From: Azolla caroliniana
Lineage: Eukaryota > Plantae > Polypodiophyta
DNA length: 64,000 nucleotides
Assembly (NCBI GenBank): GCA_043228905.1
Contig: JBHGNT010000004.1
Coordinates: 2,666,001 to 2,730,000 of the forward strand
Reading direction: 5' to 3'
A program made the translations under genes and the position numbers. Each line of letters begins with the position of its first letter. Position 1 is the stretch's first letter. Shown here one piece after another: positions 1 through 12,840 of this stretch. A model generated the notes under the pieces. That model ran no database searches and was not told the DNA's origin. It saw nothing but the letters and a program-made list of their open reading frames with translations.

Positions 1-618
1 TATGCACAGAGGCCAAATCGGCAAGATCCGCTTCGAGAGAGACTTGTTGTCCGCATCCCCTAGGTTCCTGGAAATTTGGAGGTTGATCGCGGGCTTCACC
101 TTATGGTATGTCTGGAAAGCACGATGCTTAAAGGTTTTCCAAGATCGGGTACAACCCCCAGAGGAAGTGATCATGGATATTTGGTTCGCGCTTATCAACT
201 GCATACGAGGGCAATTAGATGAGGTTTGCAACCACTCCAATGACATGGCGACTGCCCGGTTGCGCTTTTGGCAAAAATGGCGGAACACGCCTATGGTGAC
301 GCTAGGAGAAAGTGGACCGAGGTGGAACTACCAGCCCCCACGATGGTTGTTTCCTTCTTTCACGCCTCCCTCCCTTCGATGTAGGCCCCGAGAGTCGGCT
401 CATTCTGGCCGACACTAAAGGCCACTGCTTTTAGGTATAGGTATCTACTTACTTTAGGTAGTCGGTTTGAAAAACTATGTAAGTAGTCTCATTTTCTTGA
501 TCTTGATTTGAGGGAGATTCCTCGTTTTGTGTATAAGCTTCCTTGTATAGTCTCCTTGTAGTAATCCTTCCTAACTAATGGGAAAGTAGCTTTATTTTGG
601 AAAAAAATAAAAATAAAA
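1..618 (+). mobile_element. 3' end of an L1-type LINE (C-terminus of ORF2, 3'UTR, A-rich tail)
   Basis: ORF 2..418 has the plant L1 ORF2 C-terminal pattern (LW.VWKARC..VF, IW..L). It is followed by CTAACTAATGGGAAAGTA and an A-rich tail at ~601-618. The same terminal motif recurs at 1674-1710. Confidence 0.75.
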
Positions 619-753
619 GCTTCAATGTGGAGTATAACTACTCCACCTTGTCATTAATCTGCCTTAAAATATTCCTTTCCCATATGGAATGAAACTCCAA
701 TCGTTGTAACTCTGCTCATTGCATATATCTTTTATGTTGTCCAAAGAACCTCT

Positions 754-1070
754 AGGACATAATTGTTAAAAAAACATGTATTCTACATTTAGAGTACGTT
801 TTGGAATACTCTGAAGTATTCTACGTTTTAGAACTGCCTTTTTAAAAAATTTGACGTATTCTATGTATTTAACAAGTAATTATCATTTAAATAAATAACA
901 ATAATAATTAAATTAAATTTAAAATTTAAAGAAGTATTTAACGTATTTTACAAGTATTCTACACGTATTAACGTATTTTATCTATAAATACATATTTTAA
1001 GTATTTGAAAAAAAAGTTAGAATACATATTGTACACATATTTTATGCTAAGTATTTTACAACAATGCTCT
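754..1070. mobile_element. Degenerate AT-rich MITE-like element
   Basis: Imperfect terminal inverted repeats TAGGACATAATTGTTAAAA ... TTTTACAACAATGCTCTA and internal reiterated GTATT(C/T)TA motifs. No clear TSD. Confidence 0.3.
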
Positions 1071-1234
1071 AAAATTGTGCACAATCGTTGTCATTCCCAA
1101 AAATGATCAAGGTTGGTCTGTTGGTCACATATTCACCTTCAAACATTTGGCCTTCCAAATATGCCAAATTGTGATACTACTTACCAATTGTCATATTTCA
1201 AGTTTCATGGTCAAATAAAATCGATGAGTATGTA

Positions 1235-1530
1235 TTTCTTTTTTTTCCAAAAAAATTATACTTCCATTAGTTAAGAAAAAGTACCTAGGATAATATACAA
1301 CTCATATGTTACAAGCCCCTTTGCAATGGCTACAAGAAAACATCATGTATAAATGAAGCACCAAAGCCTCAACACAGAATTACTCGACAAACTCCCCTCA
1401 ACATAAGCCTCATACAACCCACATTTAGCAAAGACACCCTCCAATCTCTTCACAGTTCAACACCTACCTCTATGTTTGGTACCTTAGGAGGAAACAACCA
1501 CCTGGGTGGCTGATAAGTCCACTTTGCATT
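1235..1530 (-). mobile_element. LINE 3' end fragment (reverse)
   Basis: Reverse complement contains GTGGACTTATCAGCCACCCAGGTGGTTGTTTCC (matches 322-353, W.YQPPRWLFP) and ends in TTAACTAATGGAAGTATA plus an A-run. Confidence 0.6.
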
Positions 1531-1539
1531 GTCATCCAC

Positions 1540-1710
1540 TAGTTTATAGCTCTAGATACCTACTTACAGTAAGTAGAAAGTAAGTGAGGATATGTGCGCA
1601 ATCTCCTATTCTTGAACTTGGCCAGGGGGTGATTCCCCATTTTCTTGTATAATCTTACTATAAAAATCTCTCCTAACTAATGGGAAAGTAACTCTTGTTT
1701 GAAAAAAAAA
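1540..1710 (+). mobile_element. LINE 3'UTR fragment with poly(A)
   Basis: TAGATACCTACTTAC...CCTAACTAATGGGAAAGTAACTCTTGTTTG followed by 10 A; homologous to 437-618. Confidence 0.6.
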
Positions 1711-4289
1711 ACATTTGTGGCAATTTAGATAAATTAGTGGGGTCATTAACAATATTAGAGTTTGAGGCATCAAGAAGATAAGCACTATATTGAGAAAGAT
1801 TTAACAACCCTTATATCTTGAAGGTTTTGGCAGGGTCTTGTACAAGTGGAGAACAAATCGCTTGGTTATTCACAATTGTTGTAAAGTCATGGAGAAAACT
1901 AGTCAGAAATTTTGTATATAAGTTATATGGTGGTCAAAGTTTCATAATCCAATATCATTTCTTGAATGCCATGTAGGAATTGTAAAAATTATGAAGATAA
2001 CTATTCATAATGTTGTGTATGTGACTCATATAATGGCTATAGTTTGGCAATTCACCAACATTGCTCAAAAGCCATGTAGAAGATATGGAGAAAACTATGC
2101 ACAATGTAACATATGCGACTTACATAATGGTCATGGTGGATAATCTTGATCAACATAGTAAAAGAGACCTTTACTATGAGGATTTTAAAACCCCATCGCC
2201 ATAATGGTTGTAGTAGTAATAGTAGTTGCATGGATTATGTACACGAATGGAGCAATCAAATTGCTTTATGGATTTACTATTAGATCACATCTTATACAAG
2301 CTTCCAAGTCATGAATAGAGCATAGATATGTTTGTTCCTTTTGAACATGAAGAGGACAACTTTCAATATCTCGTGCTATTCCCCATGAAATATGAAGATA
2401 GAGCCATGATAAAACAATGATTGAAATACATGCATACAAGTAGGATCATCCATGACCTCCTCGCCATGCTGCAACTCAAGTGTATATGTAACTTCATAGA
2501 AGAAATGAGAGACTTAATTTCATTACGATGACATTCAATCCTCATGTTATCCAAGCTAGTCTTTGTAGTGGGATTCCAAACATCTAACCCATGTATTAAT
2601 ATTTGCATTTCCTTTTAGTTTACCTCCAATATATTCTCCATATGGCCACATTTCTTACAAGTGCATCATTTGCTCTCATCAATGAAATTCATTTGCATAA
2701 TGACCAAACAAACCACAAGGGTCCACTTTCCAACACCTTTTGTTGGTCACCCTCCTTTTGTTGATGATGATATGAGGTAACATTCAAAAATTTCTTTTCG
2801 TGTAGTTTTTTCATGGGGATGGGATTCTTACCTTCCCCATTGTACCTCCCTCGAAGTTTTGCATCTTGACCACTTCAATAGAAGTAGATGCATCATTGTC
2901 TTTCTATTTTGTCAAATGACAAAGACACGTGTTACCACTTAATCTATTACTCTATCACATCATCTACCTCCACAATGATGTTTGTGTATCCTTATGACAC
3001 ATGATTATACCCTCATCTACACAACCCACACTTGCAAGTGTTTTCCATGTATGCTTGGTTGTCCTAAACAACTAAATGTGTGCAATGACATTATGCTTGC
3101 ACCACACAGAGATTAGAGCCATTGCTTGACAATCACGCAAATCTCACCTTCATTGTTCATTTGTTGTAAATGATAGTGTCATAGACACACCATTCTTATC
3201 TCAAGTAAGTGCAATCCCATTTGTAGAGTAAGGTCACAAGCCTTCTCTCTCTACTAGGAACGATATCCCAAAGCCCTTTCTTGATATTAAGGTTGTTCAA
3301 CACAAGAAACACGGGGGTATGTGGTCTCGTGGAGATATCCTCACACAATGAGTGTGAGTATGTCAGTTTCGTGCCACATGCTTGCATATTTGTGTGTTTC
3401 TTGACACTTGTGTGGTTTTGTCACGCACTTACGTCCACTTCCCATGCATGGATGTACACCCTCGGTTTCACAAGTTTTAATATGAAAAATCTCCTTGTTG
3501 ATTTGAGTTTGGCTTGTTTACTATGAAGATTCGTCAATTGTCAAAATTATGACTACTAGTACAAATTGACTTTCATCACAATGCCCATTCATAATATACG
3601 GAACTTGTGTACTACAATAAGCAAGCACATGATGAGCAACATATGATTTGATATTTTATTAGTGTTGCATGTGACTGTTGGCAAGAAAATATTGATTCCA
3701 TTTTGCTCAACCACAATATATATCAAACATTATGATTTGTACCTTGATCTATACTTCGATTTTGATGCTTCTTTATTTAGTATAGAGATAGTCAATATCT
3801 ATGGCAATACATTACTAACCACTAATAATATTACACAATTAACAATTAACAAATAAAGACCTATTTATAGTCTACTAGTAGAAGTCATCTTTGTATTTAT
3901 CAATATAGAATGCTCAAAGTTTACAAGATTCTTGGCCACTAGGTTCATTTTTCCCCAAATTAAAGAGGAGAACATAGGAGGTCCAAAAATATCCTTTATT
4001 TTCACCATCAACACCTTTCCGAGAGGGATTCTAGTTTGAAAAGCTATTTGTAAAGCCTAAATTCAAGGGATTAATTAATGAAAATGGTGTGCATGAAAGC
4101 ATATAATTTATTTGTTGAATTGAAAATATTTTCTGATTAGAAATTAAAAACAAAATATAAAATCTAGTGATAATGCACAATGTAAAAGCACTTACTTCAC
4201 AAATTAGGTGATCCACGCTTATTGGCACACATTCTGGGGGGTTTCGAATTTGAAAACACAAATATGTTAAGGCGGAGAAAACTCAAATA

Positions 4290-4873
4290 TGTAAAATTAT
4301 GATGGTATAATGGTATGAGGCAAGCGATGTTCAAGAGGCAATGATGGTACATAATAGAAGATTGATATTGGTTAGCCCCTTTCAACAACCTTGAAAGCAA
4401 GTGCGATTTGCCCAAATATGGAAACCAGTGACTACAATAACGTTATGGGCATTATGGAAATGACGATGCAACCGACGTTATGATGCGACATATCAGTGTC
4501 TCTCAGATGTCTTTGGTGAGATATGGGAGAACTTGGTGGCAGTAGGACAACATGCAGGCTTCACCAGAGACTGTGAACAAGAGAAAGAAGAAGCACCTTC
4601 ACTTATGGAAAAAGTTACCCCTATTCTCTGACTCAAGGGCCTCAATGGAACTATCAACTTCCTTGGACCCTTTCTTGATGCACAGTGAAGCATGGCAGAA
4701 TGGCAAAAAAAATAATAAGATTTTTTTTACCTTTTACAAAGTTCTAGCTTTGGTCTTAGGATTATCGTATATAATTGTACATGAAAATTGTAAGCTTTTG
4801 GGCACATAAGCTTAAGCTGTTGCATTTACATGTTTTTCTTAATACTAATGAGGAAAATCTTTGAAGAAAAAAA
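4290..4873 (+). mobile_element. Degenerate LINE 3' end
   Basis: Frameshifted traces of LWY.W.AR..MF and GPQWNYQLPW, similar to ORF 2..418. Ends in CTAATGAGGAAAATCTTTGAAG plus an A-run. Confidence 0.5.
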
Positions 4874-6401
4874 TGGTAAATTTAAGCCCTACAATGTGAT
4901 TGATTTTAGTACGAAGTAATGGATTTGATGTGTGTTCATTAAAGATTTTGTTTTTTGAACCTCTTTAGGATCATAGTTTCTCTTAAAGAAAGTTGTTTTA
5001 CAACATTGACATTGTCGCAAATTCCAGAATGCATGGAGTCGTAATTTTAAAAATGGTATTTAAAGATTTAGTCAAGAATCAGGATCAAATACCCTCCAAA
5101 AACTCTTTTCAGTTTCATATAGTTTGAAACTTGAGATCAACCTTGCTTCTTAAAAAAAGTAAAAAACTGTTGTACAACATTGATATTGTCACAAATTCAC
5201 AATTTCCAAAATACATAGACGTATTTAATTAAGTTTAAATCATGTTGCCTGTTAAAAAGTCTTTCAGATCTAGTGGAGCTCATCCTTGCTTCTAAAAAAG
5301 ACATTGTCATCAAATATGTACATAAATCAAAACAATATTCTAGCTCTTTCAAGTAAAAGATAATGCTAAGATTAGCATAAATAGGAGGATATCATTGCTC
5401 CTTTTTTCTATGTGCTTAGGATTCTCTGAGGAAAATTGTATTCTTTCTTTCTTAGCCTTGAAAAATGGAATATCTTACAAATCCAAACAAAATACGACAC
5501 CCGATATTCTCAAATTTCCTATTGTCCTTTAGATAAAACCAACTTTAACCCTCCATACTTTGTATTGGATATATTATCACAACAACTTCATTTTTTAGTG
5601 GGAGCATTACGAAAGCTTAGTTGACTGATCATGGATTTTAGGGCAATAAAAAACATGAGGCAAAGTTCAAGTTAGGCAAAGTTCCACTTACTATAGTAAT
5701 GATTGTTTCACGTCACTATGTGCATGGCACAATCTAATGCCATGCATATTATTTGCAAAAGAATCTATCATATATGAATTAAGATTTATTATAATGTTGT
5801 TGACCATCTTGATGAGGGATCTATACTTTGAGTTTGAATAAATAAAACACATATGCTCCAATAATATTAAGTGCTAGAACTATAGGATAGTTAAGTAGGG
5901 TTATAAAATATAAATAATGAGAAAGGCATTTTGGGAATATGAACATTTAAGATTAAAAGACATGTTAACTAAAAGTAAGACGTGAAAGTGTAGGGTCATG
6001 GGCCATGTGTATTAAAAAGTGGTATTATGTGAGCGACTCATCAATGTGGCCTTTCCCTCCTTTTCTTGACCTTGGTTTTAGGGTCCGAATTTGGAAGAGG
6101 GGGTTTCGTATAAGTATAAACATTAGCTTAAGGCAACCCTAAATGCCAATCCTAGATTTAGGAGTAGGAGAGCCGTCTCCTACATTCCCTTTTGCATCTA
6201 CCCACTCTATTCAAGTAAGCTTCTCCGATTAATTATATGCTCATTTCTATTGTCACTGGTAATCTCATACTGTGAGTGTGTGCACATCGAGGATTTAAGT
6301 AGTCCATTGTTTGTGTTAAGAATTAGGTAAGTAATTAAGAGTTAATTAGTACCTAATTATATGATTAAGTTAAGTGTGGAAATTATGTGATTTGTGTGTG
6401 T

Positions 6402-6447
<46 letters not shown>

Positions 6448-6764
6448 CACTTATGAACAACACAAGATGGGGGATGAGTAACTATATATTAAATTAGCAT
6501 CAAAATCATCATCAAAAACAAAAATACCCACAATGAGGTATATATACATCTCATGTGCAAAGGTGCACATGTGTGAGTAGAATATAGGTACTAATGTGTA
6601 AGTCTTATATTAAATGTACTTAGGAGTGGAGGATGTAGAATATCCCACTTAAGTACAAGGTCCTATTTAAGGCGTTATAGTCAACACTTCTAACTAGATT
6701 CTATCTAGGTAAGTACGAAGTTACATTGTTGACTAATTAACTAAACTAAATTGAGCTTGATCTC

Positions 6765-8480
6765 TCAACACGCCCCCTCTAGCTCAAGTGTGAGGTGTCT
6801 GATATCCGCTTTGGCTTTTGTCAGCTTCATGTGCTTCCGTCCGGCCTTTGGCTTTCTTCGCTGTGGCAATCTTGGTTCCTCCCCCTCAAGCTGGTGACGA
6901 AGGCTTGTAGTGTGTGGGCGAAGGTCGACTACTTCCACCCATCGTGGGTTACGAGCCACTTCAGTGGAGCTCTTGGGCTCTTGTTCGGCCACTAACTTCA
7001 TCGTGAAGGCGTAATGATGGGCCATATACTTGTAGCCGAGCCGAATGACGAAATTCTTCTCTCTAGAAGAGTGTTGAAGTTTTTTGCTCGCCGATGTGAT
7101 CGCCTTCTTTACTCCGGGTGTATGCCTGATGGGTACACCGAACTCACTGTCTAGTGAGGGAGCCGATCCATCCGAATCATTGTCGTCGGGGTGGTCGACT
7201 TCGTATTCGGGCATCTTACCTTTGCCTTTGTCCAAGTTCGTACTTGGCTGCGACGTGCTTGGGTTGCATGGGGGCTCTTGTGGCCCACTAGGCTTTGCCG
7301 TAATTGGACTTTCTTCGAACATGTGTTCGAAGTGATCTCCATCTTCTACCTCTTGTTCGACGGATTCTAGGTCGAGCGGAGTCAGAGTCGAAGTTGTCTC
7401 TGGTGCGTACCAGGATGCGGATTCGTCGAAGACTACGGCTCGACTTACCAGAACCGCTCGGGTAGAAGGGTTGTAACACTTGTACGCCTTCTTCTCGGAC
7501 GAGTATCCTATGAAGATACATTCCTCCGACTTCGCGTCGGGCTTCTGTCGTTGTTCATTCGAGATGTGTACATTCGCAATGCTTCCGAACACCTTGAGGT
7601 GCGATAGGATCGGCTTCCTTCTGACGAGGAGCTCGTAGGGAGTTAGCGCATGGACTCCATTGGTGGTGCACCGGTTCATGAGATAGACGGCTGTGGATGC
7701 CGCTTCGGCCCAATAGAAATTCGGCATGTGCTTCTCATGCATCATGGCGCGTGCTACCTCGAGTATTTGCCGATTCTTCCTTTCGGCTACTCCATTTTGT
7801 TGGGGTGTGTGTTGGCATGAGAATTCTCTCCGAATGCCTTCACTTTGGAGGTAGAAGTACTCCTTTCCTCCATCCGATCGTAGGCATCGAATGTGCTGAT
7901 CGGTTTCTTTTTCGACTTGACGCTTGAACTTTTGGAAGTGGGAGAGCACTTCACTTTTCTTCTTCATCGAGTAGATCCATGCGTAGCGCGAGTAGTCGTC
8001 GATGAAGGTTATGTAGTATCGGCATCCGCCGATCGTCGGCGTTTGAGTCGGTCCCCATACATCCGAGTGTATGACGTCGAGGAGGCCTTTGCTCACGTGG
8101 CTTTCCTTCGGGAATGGGAGTTGATGTTGTTTGCCGAGTTGACACGCTTCGCATACTTGGTCGACTCGTTTCGACTCGAATGGCAGAAGTCCGATGACGA
8201 CTCCCTTTGTTTGCATAGATCGAAGCCGTTGGAGGTTTATGTGACCGATTCTCTTGTGCCACAACTCGATGCTTGTCTCGGTTTTGAGACCTTTAGCGTA
8301 CATTGCCGATTTCACCTCGTTCGAATCGAGGATGAACATTCGGCCGTCTGTCCGCCCCTTAGCTATGAGTCGGCCATCTTTCTCGATGAAGCATCCTTCT
8401 TTGTTGAAGCGGACTTGCATGCCTTGCTCCACAATTTGGCCGACCGAGACCAAATTCTTCGTTATTGTGGGCACGTGCAA
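6765..8480 (-). pseudogene. Copia GAG-pre-integrase and integrase core, truncated before RT
   Basis: Motifs LWHKRIGH, CEACQLGKQ, IHSDVWGP, LRSDGGKEY and TPQQNGVAERKNR. After EPKSSTEVARNPRW the ORF jumps to the 3' region with no YVDD RT motif. Confidence 0.9.
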
Positions 8481-9727
8481 GACATTCTTGATGTACGTTT
8501 GTTCGCCTTCTTTCTCGAATGGTACATTGCCGATGTGCCGAATGGGGTGCGTGGTGTGTCTCCCGTCTCTATGAAGCCGGGTCGATCCGGCGTTCGTAAA
8601 TCATGAAACCACTCTTCGTGAGATGTCATGTGATGTGAGGCGCCGGAATCGACGAACCACACGTCTTCCGAGTTGGAGGTGCTTGCGGAGTTGGAGGCCG
8701 TCATAGAGTTCTCTCTATGCCTAATTACGAACATTCCGCCACGGTCGTTGTAGTCGAAATTTGGGGCGTAATTTGTAAACATTTCACTACGATCATCGTA
8801 GTTGGAATTCGATGCGTGATTCATGAACATTCTGCTACGGTTGTCGTGGTCGGAGTTCGATGCGTAGTTTATGAGGTGTCGACTTGTTGAAGCTGACTCA
8901 CTTCTCTTTTTCCGACACTCTACCTCGTAGTGGCCGATTTTGCCGCAATAATTGTAAGTTGCGGGCCTCGTTTGCCGACCATGTTCGACGTGGAAGCTCC
9001 CCCTTCTTTCGAAGGTTCCTCGATGGCTTCCGTGAAGGTTTGAGTTCCCTTCGTGTGAGGGGTCGAATTGACCTCTTCTACCACCGTGACCTTCTCCTCG
9101 ACCACCGCCCAAATTCGAGAAGAACATTTGTCCTTCCGACGTCTTGCTTTTGGTTCGAACGTGGTTCTCTTCGACCAATAGCTTTGATTGGAGGTCAAAG
9201 AATGACAGAGGGTTTTCTCTCACCAAGATTGCCATCCGTAATGGATTGAATCGTTGTGCGAGGCCGCCCAAGCATACTTGAACCATCTCGTCTTCGTCGA
9301 CGTTTATTTTGATGGAGCCAAGCGAGTCGCAAATGCTCTTGATCTTGGCTGTGTAGTTCGACACGGACATGTCTTTTTGCCGAATGTTGTTCAACTCTTG
9401 TCGGAGTTGAAGCTTTCGGGCAGTCGTGTTGGCGGCAAACATTTTCTTTAAGTTCTCCCATGCCTCTTTGGGCGTCTTGGCGTCTCGAATGTTACTAAGC
9501 ATGTGGTCGTGGACACATGGTGCCAAGCAATACATGACTCGACTTGCCACTTGCTCCCATGTTTCATAGTCGGCATTTTTCTAGTCGGGTCAATTTTCTT
9601 GAGCGTCGTTGATGTAGCTCCAATACCCTTGTCCGACGAGGTATTGGGTCATCTTGTACTCCCAAGATGAATAATTGCTCCGGTCTAGCTTTTCACTAGG
9701 GAGCGAGCTACCCATTTGTGTGTTCAT
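8462..9727 (-). pseudogene. gag: Copia gag (UBN2-type, zinc knuckle) and protease
   Basis: ATG at 9727 and an in-frame stop near 9582. Motifs AKTPKEAWENLK, YCGKIGHYEVEC and protease WFVDSGASHHM. Frameshift near 8550. Confidence 0.85.
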
Positions 9728-9972
9728 GTTGATTAGTGTCTTCTCTTTTTGCTGTTCTTCCTTCGATAACGTATACGTGCTACGGTAGCGGATAGCCGGA
9801 TTTTGTTGTCAACGTCTCGAACACACAATCACAGAGTCGGGTGGGCTTAGTGGATTTTCTAAACCACACACTCTGATACCATGTTAAGAATTAGGTAAGT
9901 AATTAAGACTTAATTAATACCTAATGATATGATTAAGTTAAGTGCGGAAGATTATGTGATATGTGTGTGAGA

Positions 9973-10006
<34 letters not shown>

Positions 10007-11214
10007 CACTTATGAACAATACAAGATGGGGAATGAGTAACTATATATTAAATTAGCATCAACATCATCATCAAAAACAAAAATCCCCACAATGAGGTAT
10101 ATATACATCTCATGTGCAAAGGTGCACATGTGTGAGTAGAATATAGGTACTAATGTGTAAGTCCTATATTAAATGTACTTAGGAGTGGAGGATGTAGAAT
10201 ATCCCACTTAAGTACAAGGTCCTATTTAAGGTGTTATAGTCAACACTTCTAACTAGATTCTATCTAGGTAAGTACGAAGTTACATTGTTGACTAACTAAC
10301 TAAACTAAATTGAGCTTGGTCTCTCAACAGTTTGCTTGCCGTAGTGCAACAACAACCTTAAGAATTTCGTTACCACGCACAAGTAACAAACATGAAAGAG
10401 ATACATAGTAGTCCACCACATAAGAGGAATTTTTGTATGTGGACTTTTAGGAATTACATTATCAAGCCTCTAAAAACATTGCAATACACATTTAGAGACA
10501 CAATGCTAAGAGACGAGGTTTCTTTGGTAAAACATATATTGATCAAATTGTAGATGCTTCTAACGTACAATAGTGCATATGCAAGAGACAACATATGATA
10601 GAGAAAAACTCCCATTTAATCTTTTTTATCATTTGTTTACAAAGCAAATTTCAATTTGACCCAATTGTTCTTGACCCTACATTGACATGATTCACTTAAC
10701 ATATAATCAATGAAACATTTGATAATGCTCATAATCTAAAACCACCATAATGACATTTACAAAAACATACAAGCACATACAATCTTTATTGCTTACATAT
10801 ACCCTCTCATTGAAAGTGAATATGTGACTATCCAACATTAACAACACACAATAAATAAACAGGGAAATCTTCATCTTCGTCCTCGTCCTAGTCACCATCT
10901 TCTTTTTATCCCTAGTAGCAAGGTCCATGAAGTTTGAAAACTTAACATAAACTACATGTTGAGCAAACACATTCATGATAGGCTTGTTTAATCCATAATT
11001 ACTTTTAAAGTGTTCCTATATGAATATGTCTTATTCTATACGTATTGATTGTGTGTAAGCATCAATAGTATTTCTACTTCCTAATGATCCTAATAACAAA
11101 TGCATGTTTAAATTGAGAAGAAGTTTGAAAATGAGAAAAATTGGAAGTATCAATTGGTCTTCCTGCATTATCTAGTAAGGTGGCCACGAAACTATCTCAA
11201 TTTCGGATAGCCTC

Positions 11215-11557
11215 TAGGAGTCGGCATTGGCTTGGCTCAAGCCTAAACCGACTCGTTAAAATGGTTTTGCGGTTAGGTTTGGTTCAAATTTGAGCTTCCT
11301 TAACTTGCTTGAGCTCGTTTTGGGATGGGTCACTGAATCGAATTGTTTTTGGCTAAAACGGTTCCGAAACTGGTTAAGGCTTAATCGGTTCAGATAAACT
11401 AGTTTTAAAACCGATTTATGCTTAATTAGTTGGCCAAACTAGTTTAAGAATCGCTTTGGTTCAAGTTTGAAAACTCCCAAACCGGTTAAGGCTTAACCGG
11501 TTTGGTTTGGAATAGGACAAACTAATTAAGTTGAAACCAAACCGTTGCCACTTCCTA
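11215..11557. mobile_element. hAT-family MITE
   Basis: TIRs TAGGAGTCGGCA / TGCCACTTCCTA. 8-bp TSD ATAGCCTC (11207-11214) / TTAGCCTC (11558-11565). Many AAACCG/CGGTTT subterminal motifs, as in Ac/Ds-like elements. Confidence 0.8.
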
Positions 11558-11565
11558 TTAGCCTC

Positions 11566-12840
11566 CAAAGATTCCATAGCCACTTGCTTAGAACCATGCA
11601 ATTCAACATCTGCATGATAGATTTTTCCATATGGCATTGAAGAACATAAAGCCTCTTTTGATATATTCCTCTATAGTGTCAATTAATTTCAAAGAAAACT
11701 TCACAATTCCTTGGACTATGAGATCGGAAATTGTGAATGCTCTATTACTTGAGGAAGTTGCTAGTTCAAGGACGACAATGGAGAAATGGATGGGCAACAA
11801 GGAGGAGGGATCCTTGATTCCAATATGTAGAGAACCCCCGTATAGGATACAAGGCCACGAGCTACAAGCGAATGACAAACCAACAACAGTGAGCATGGTG
11901 GTTCGAGTACTCATGTACAAAGGTAGTAAGTGGATTGTAGATCACGATCCGATCAAAGTACAACCGAAGTGGCACATATGTGTTCATGAAAACACATCGC
12001 TATGGAAGGTCATCAATGACTCTTTGCAACGGATACGACACAATCCATATGAGGGACAAGGAAGTGAAGCCATCCCCTTCTTCAAATTGACGACAAGATT
12101 GGATCACCACATCCTAGCTGTTCAAACTAATAGAGAACCGACTATTGCAAAGATATGGTGCACATATCATATTTCCCCTACGATTATTGACTAGATTTGG
12201 CAACGATTATAGAAACGTTAGCAAGCTAGGTGAATTACCACATTTCAATGGCTATTAATACATAGGTTACTACTTGTCGATGCATGGAAGCATGGGATAC
12301 TTTGCTCCCCTAATTGTGTAGCATGCCCCAATGAAATAGAATCAATCAGACATGCTCTGTGGGATTCAGAGACATTAAATATGGAGGGGGGTGGCCGAAT
12401 ATTGCAATTATGCAATGTGCAAGGCTCAATCAAGTGATGAAATATATGTTGGTTATCCTAATAGGCCCCAATTGACAAATACAAACATTAGGATGAGGGA
12501 GTGAGTTGGTGGTAAAGGCACAAACAATTTCGTTTTCCACCATCAATAATGTTCACTCAACCCACATCAATGCCAAAGATGAAGTTGTGATGGAAATGAT
12601 AAACCTAGTAAACATTATGTACCATCTCGAAGCAACGTTGTAGGTGTGTCTTCTCCAATCAATCAGTTCTCTAGGACACACTATTGCAAGAGATATGGAG
12701 TGAAGTTGTAACCACGCTAAAGAGCCAATATGATGACATCATAGGCGGATCCAAAGGAGTCAAAAGACAACATTTACTCTTCATCTAACAATGGTTGTCC
12801 TCTCCCTTTCTTGAATCAATGGGCCTCCGCATAAGATAGA
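11566..12840 (-). mobile_element. Highly degenerate LINE ORF2 remnant (zf-RVT-like region)
   Basis: Reverse translation around 12400-12530 gives C..C.....HIF.H.C-like text, heavily interrupted by stops. Confidence 0.3.

Larger units (their letters stand above)
6314..10329 (-). mobile_element. Ty1/Copia LTR retrotransposon, non-autonomous (gag-PR-INT, no RT/RNase H)
   Basis: Near-identical LTRs 6314-6770 and 9882-10329 (TG...CA). 5-bp TSD GTTTG (6309-6313, 10330-10334). PBS TGGTATCAGAG (tRNA-iMet, 9871-9881). PPT AGAGGGGGCG next to 6770. Confidence 0.95.

Noticed and set aside
2100-3530. Decayed Cys/His-rich coding sequence on the minus strand (RING- or transposase-like)
   Set aside because: Too many stops and frameshifts to assign a family by eye; needs a translated profile search.
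11631-12194. 187-aa ORF as a host gene
   Set aside because: No recognisable domain; it lies antisense to a probable LINE remnant.
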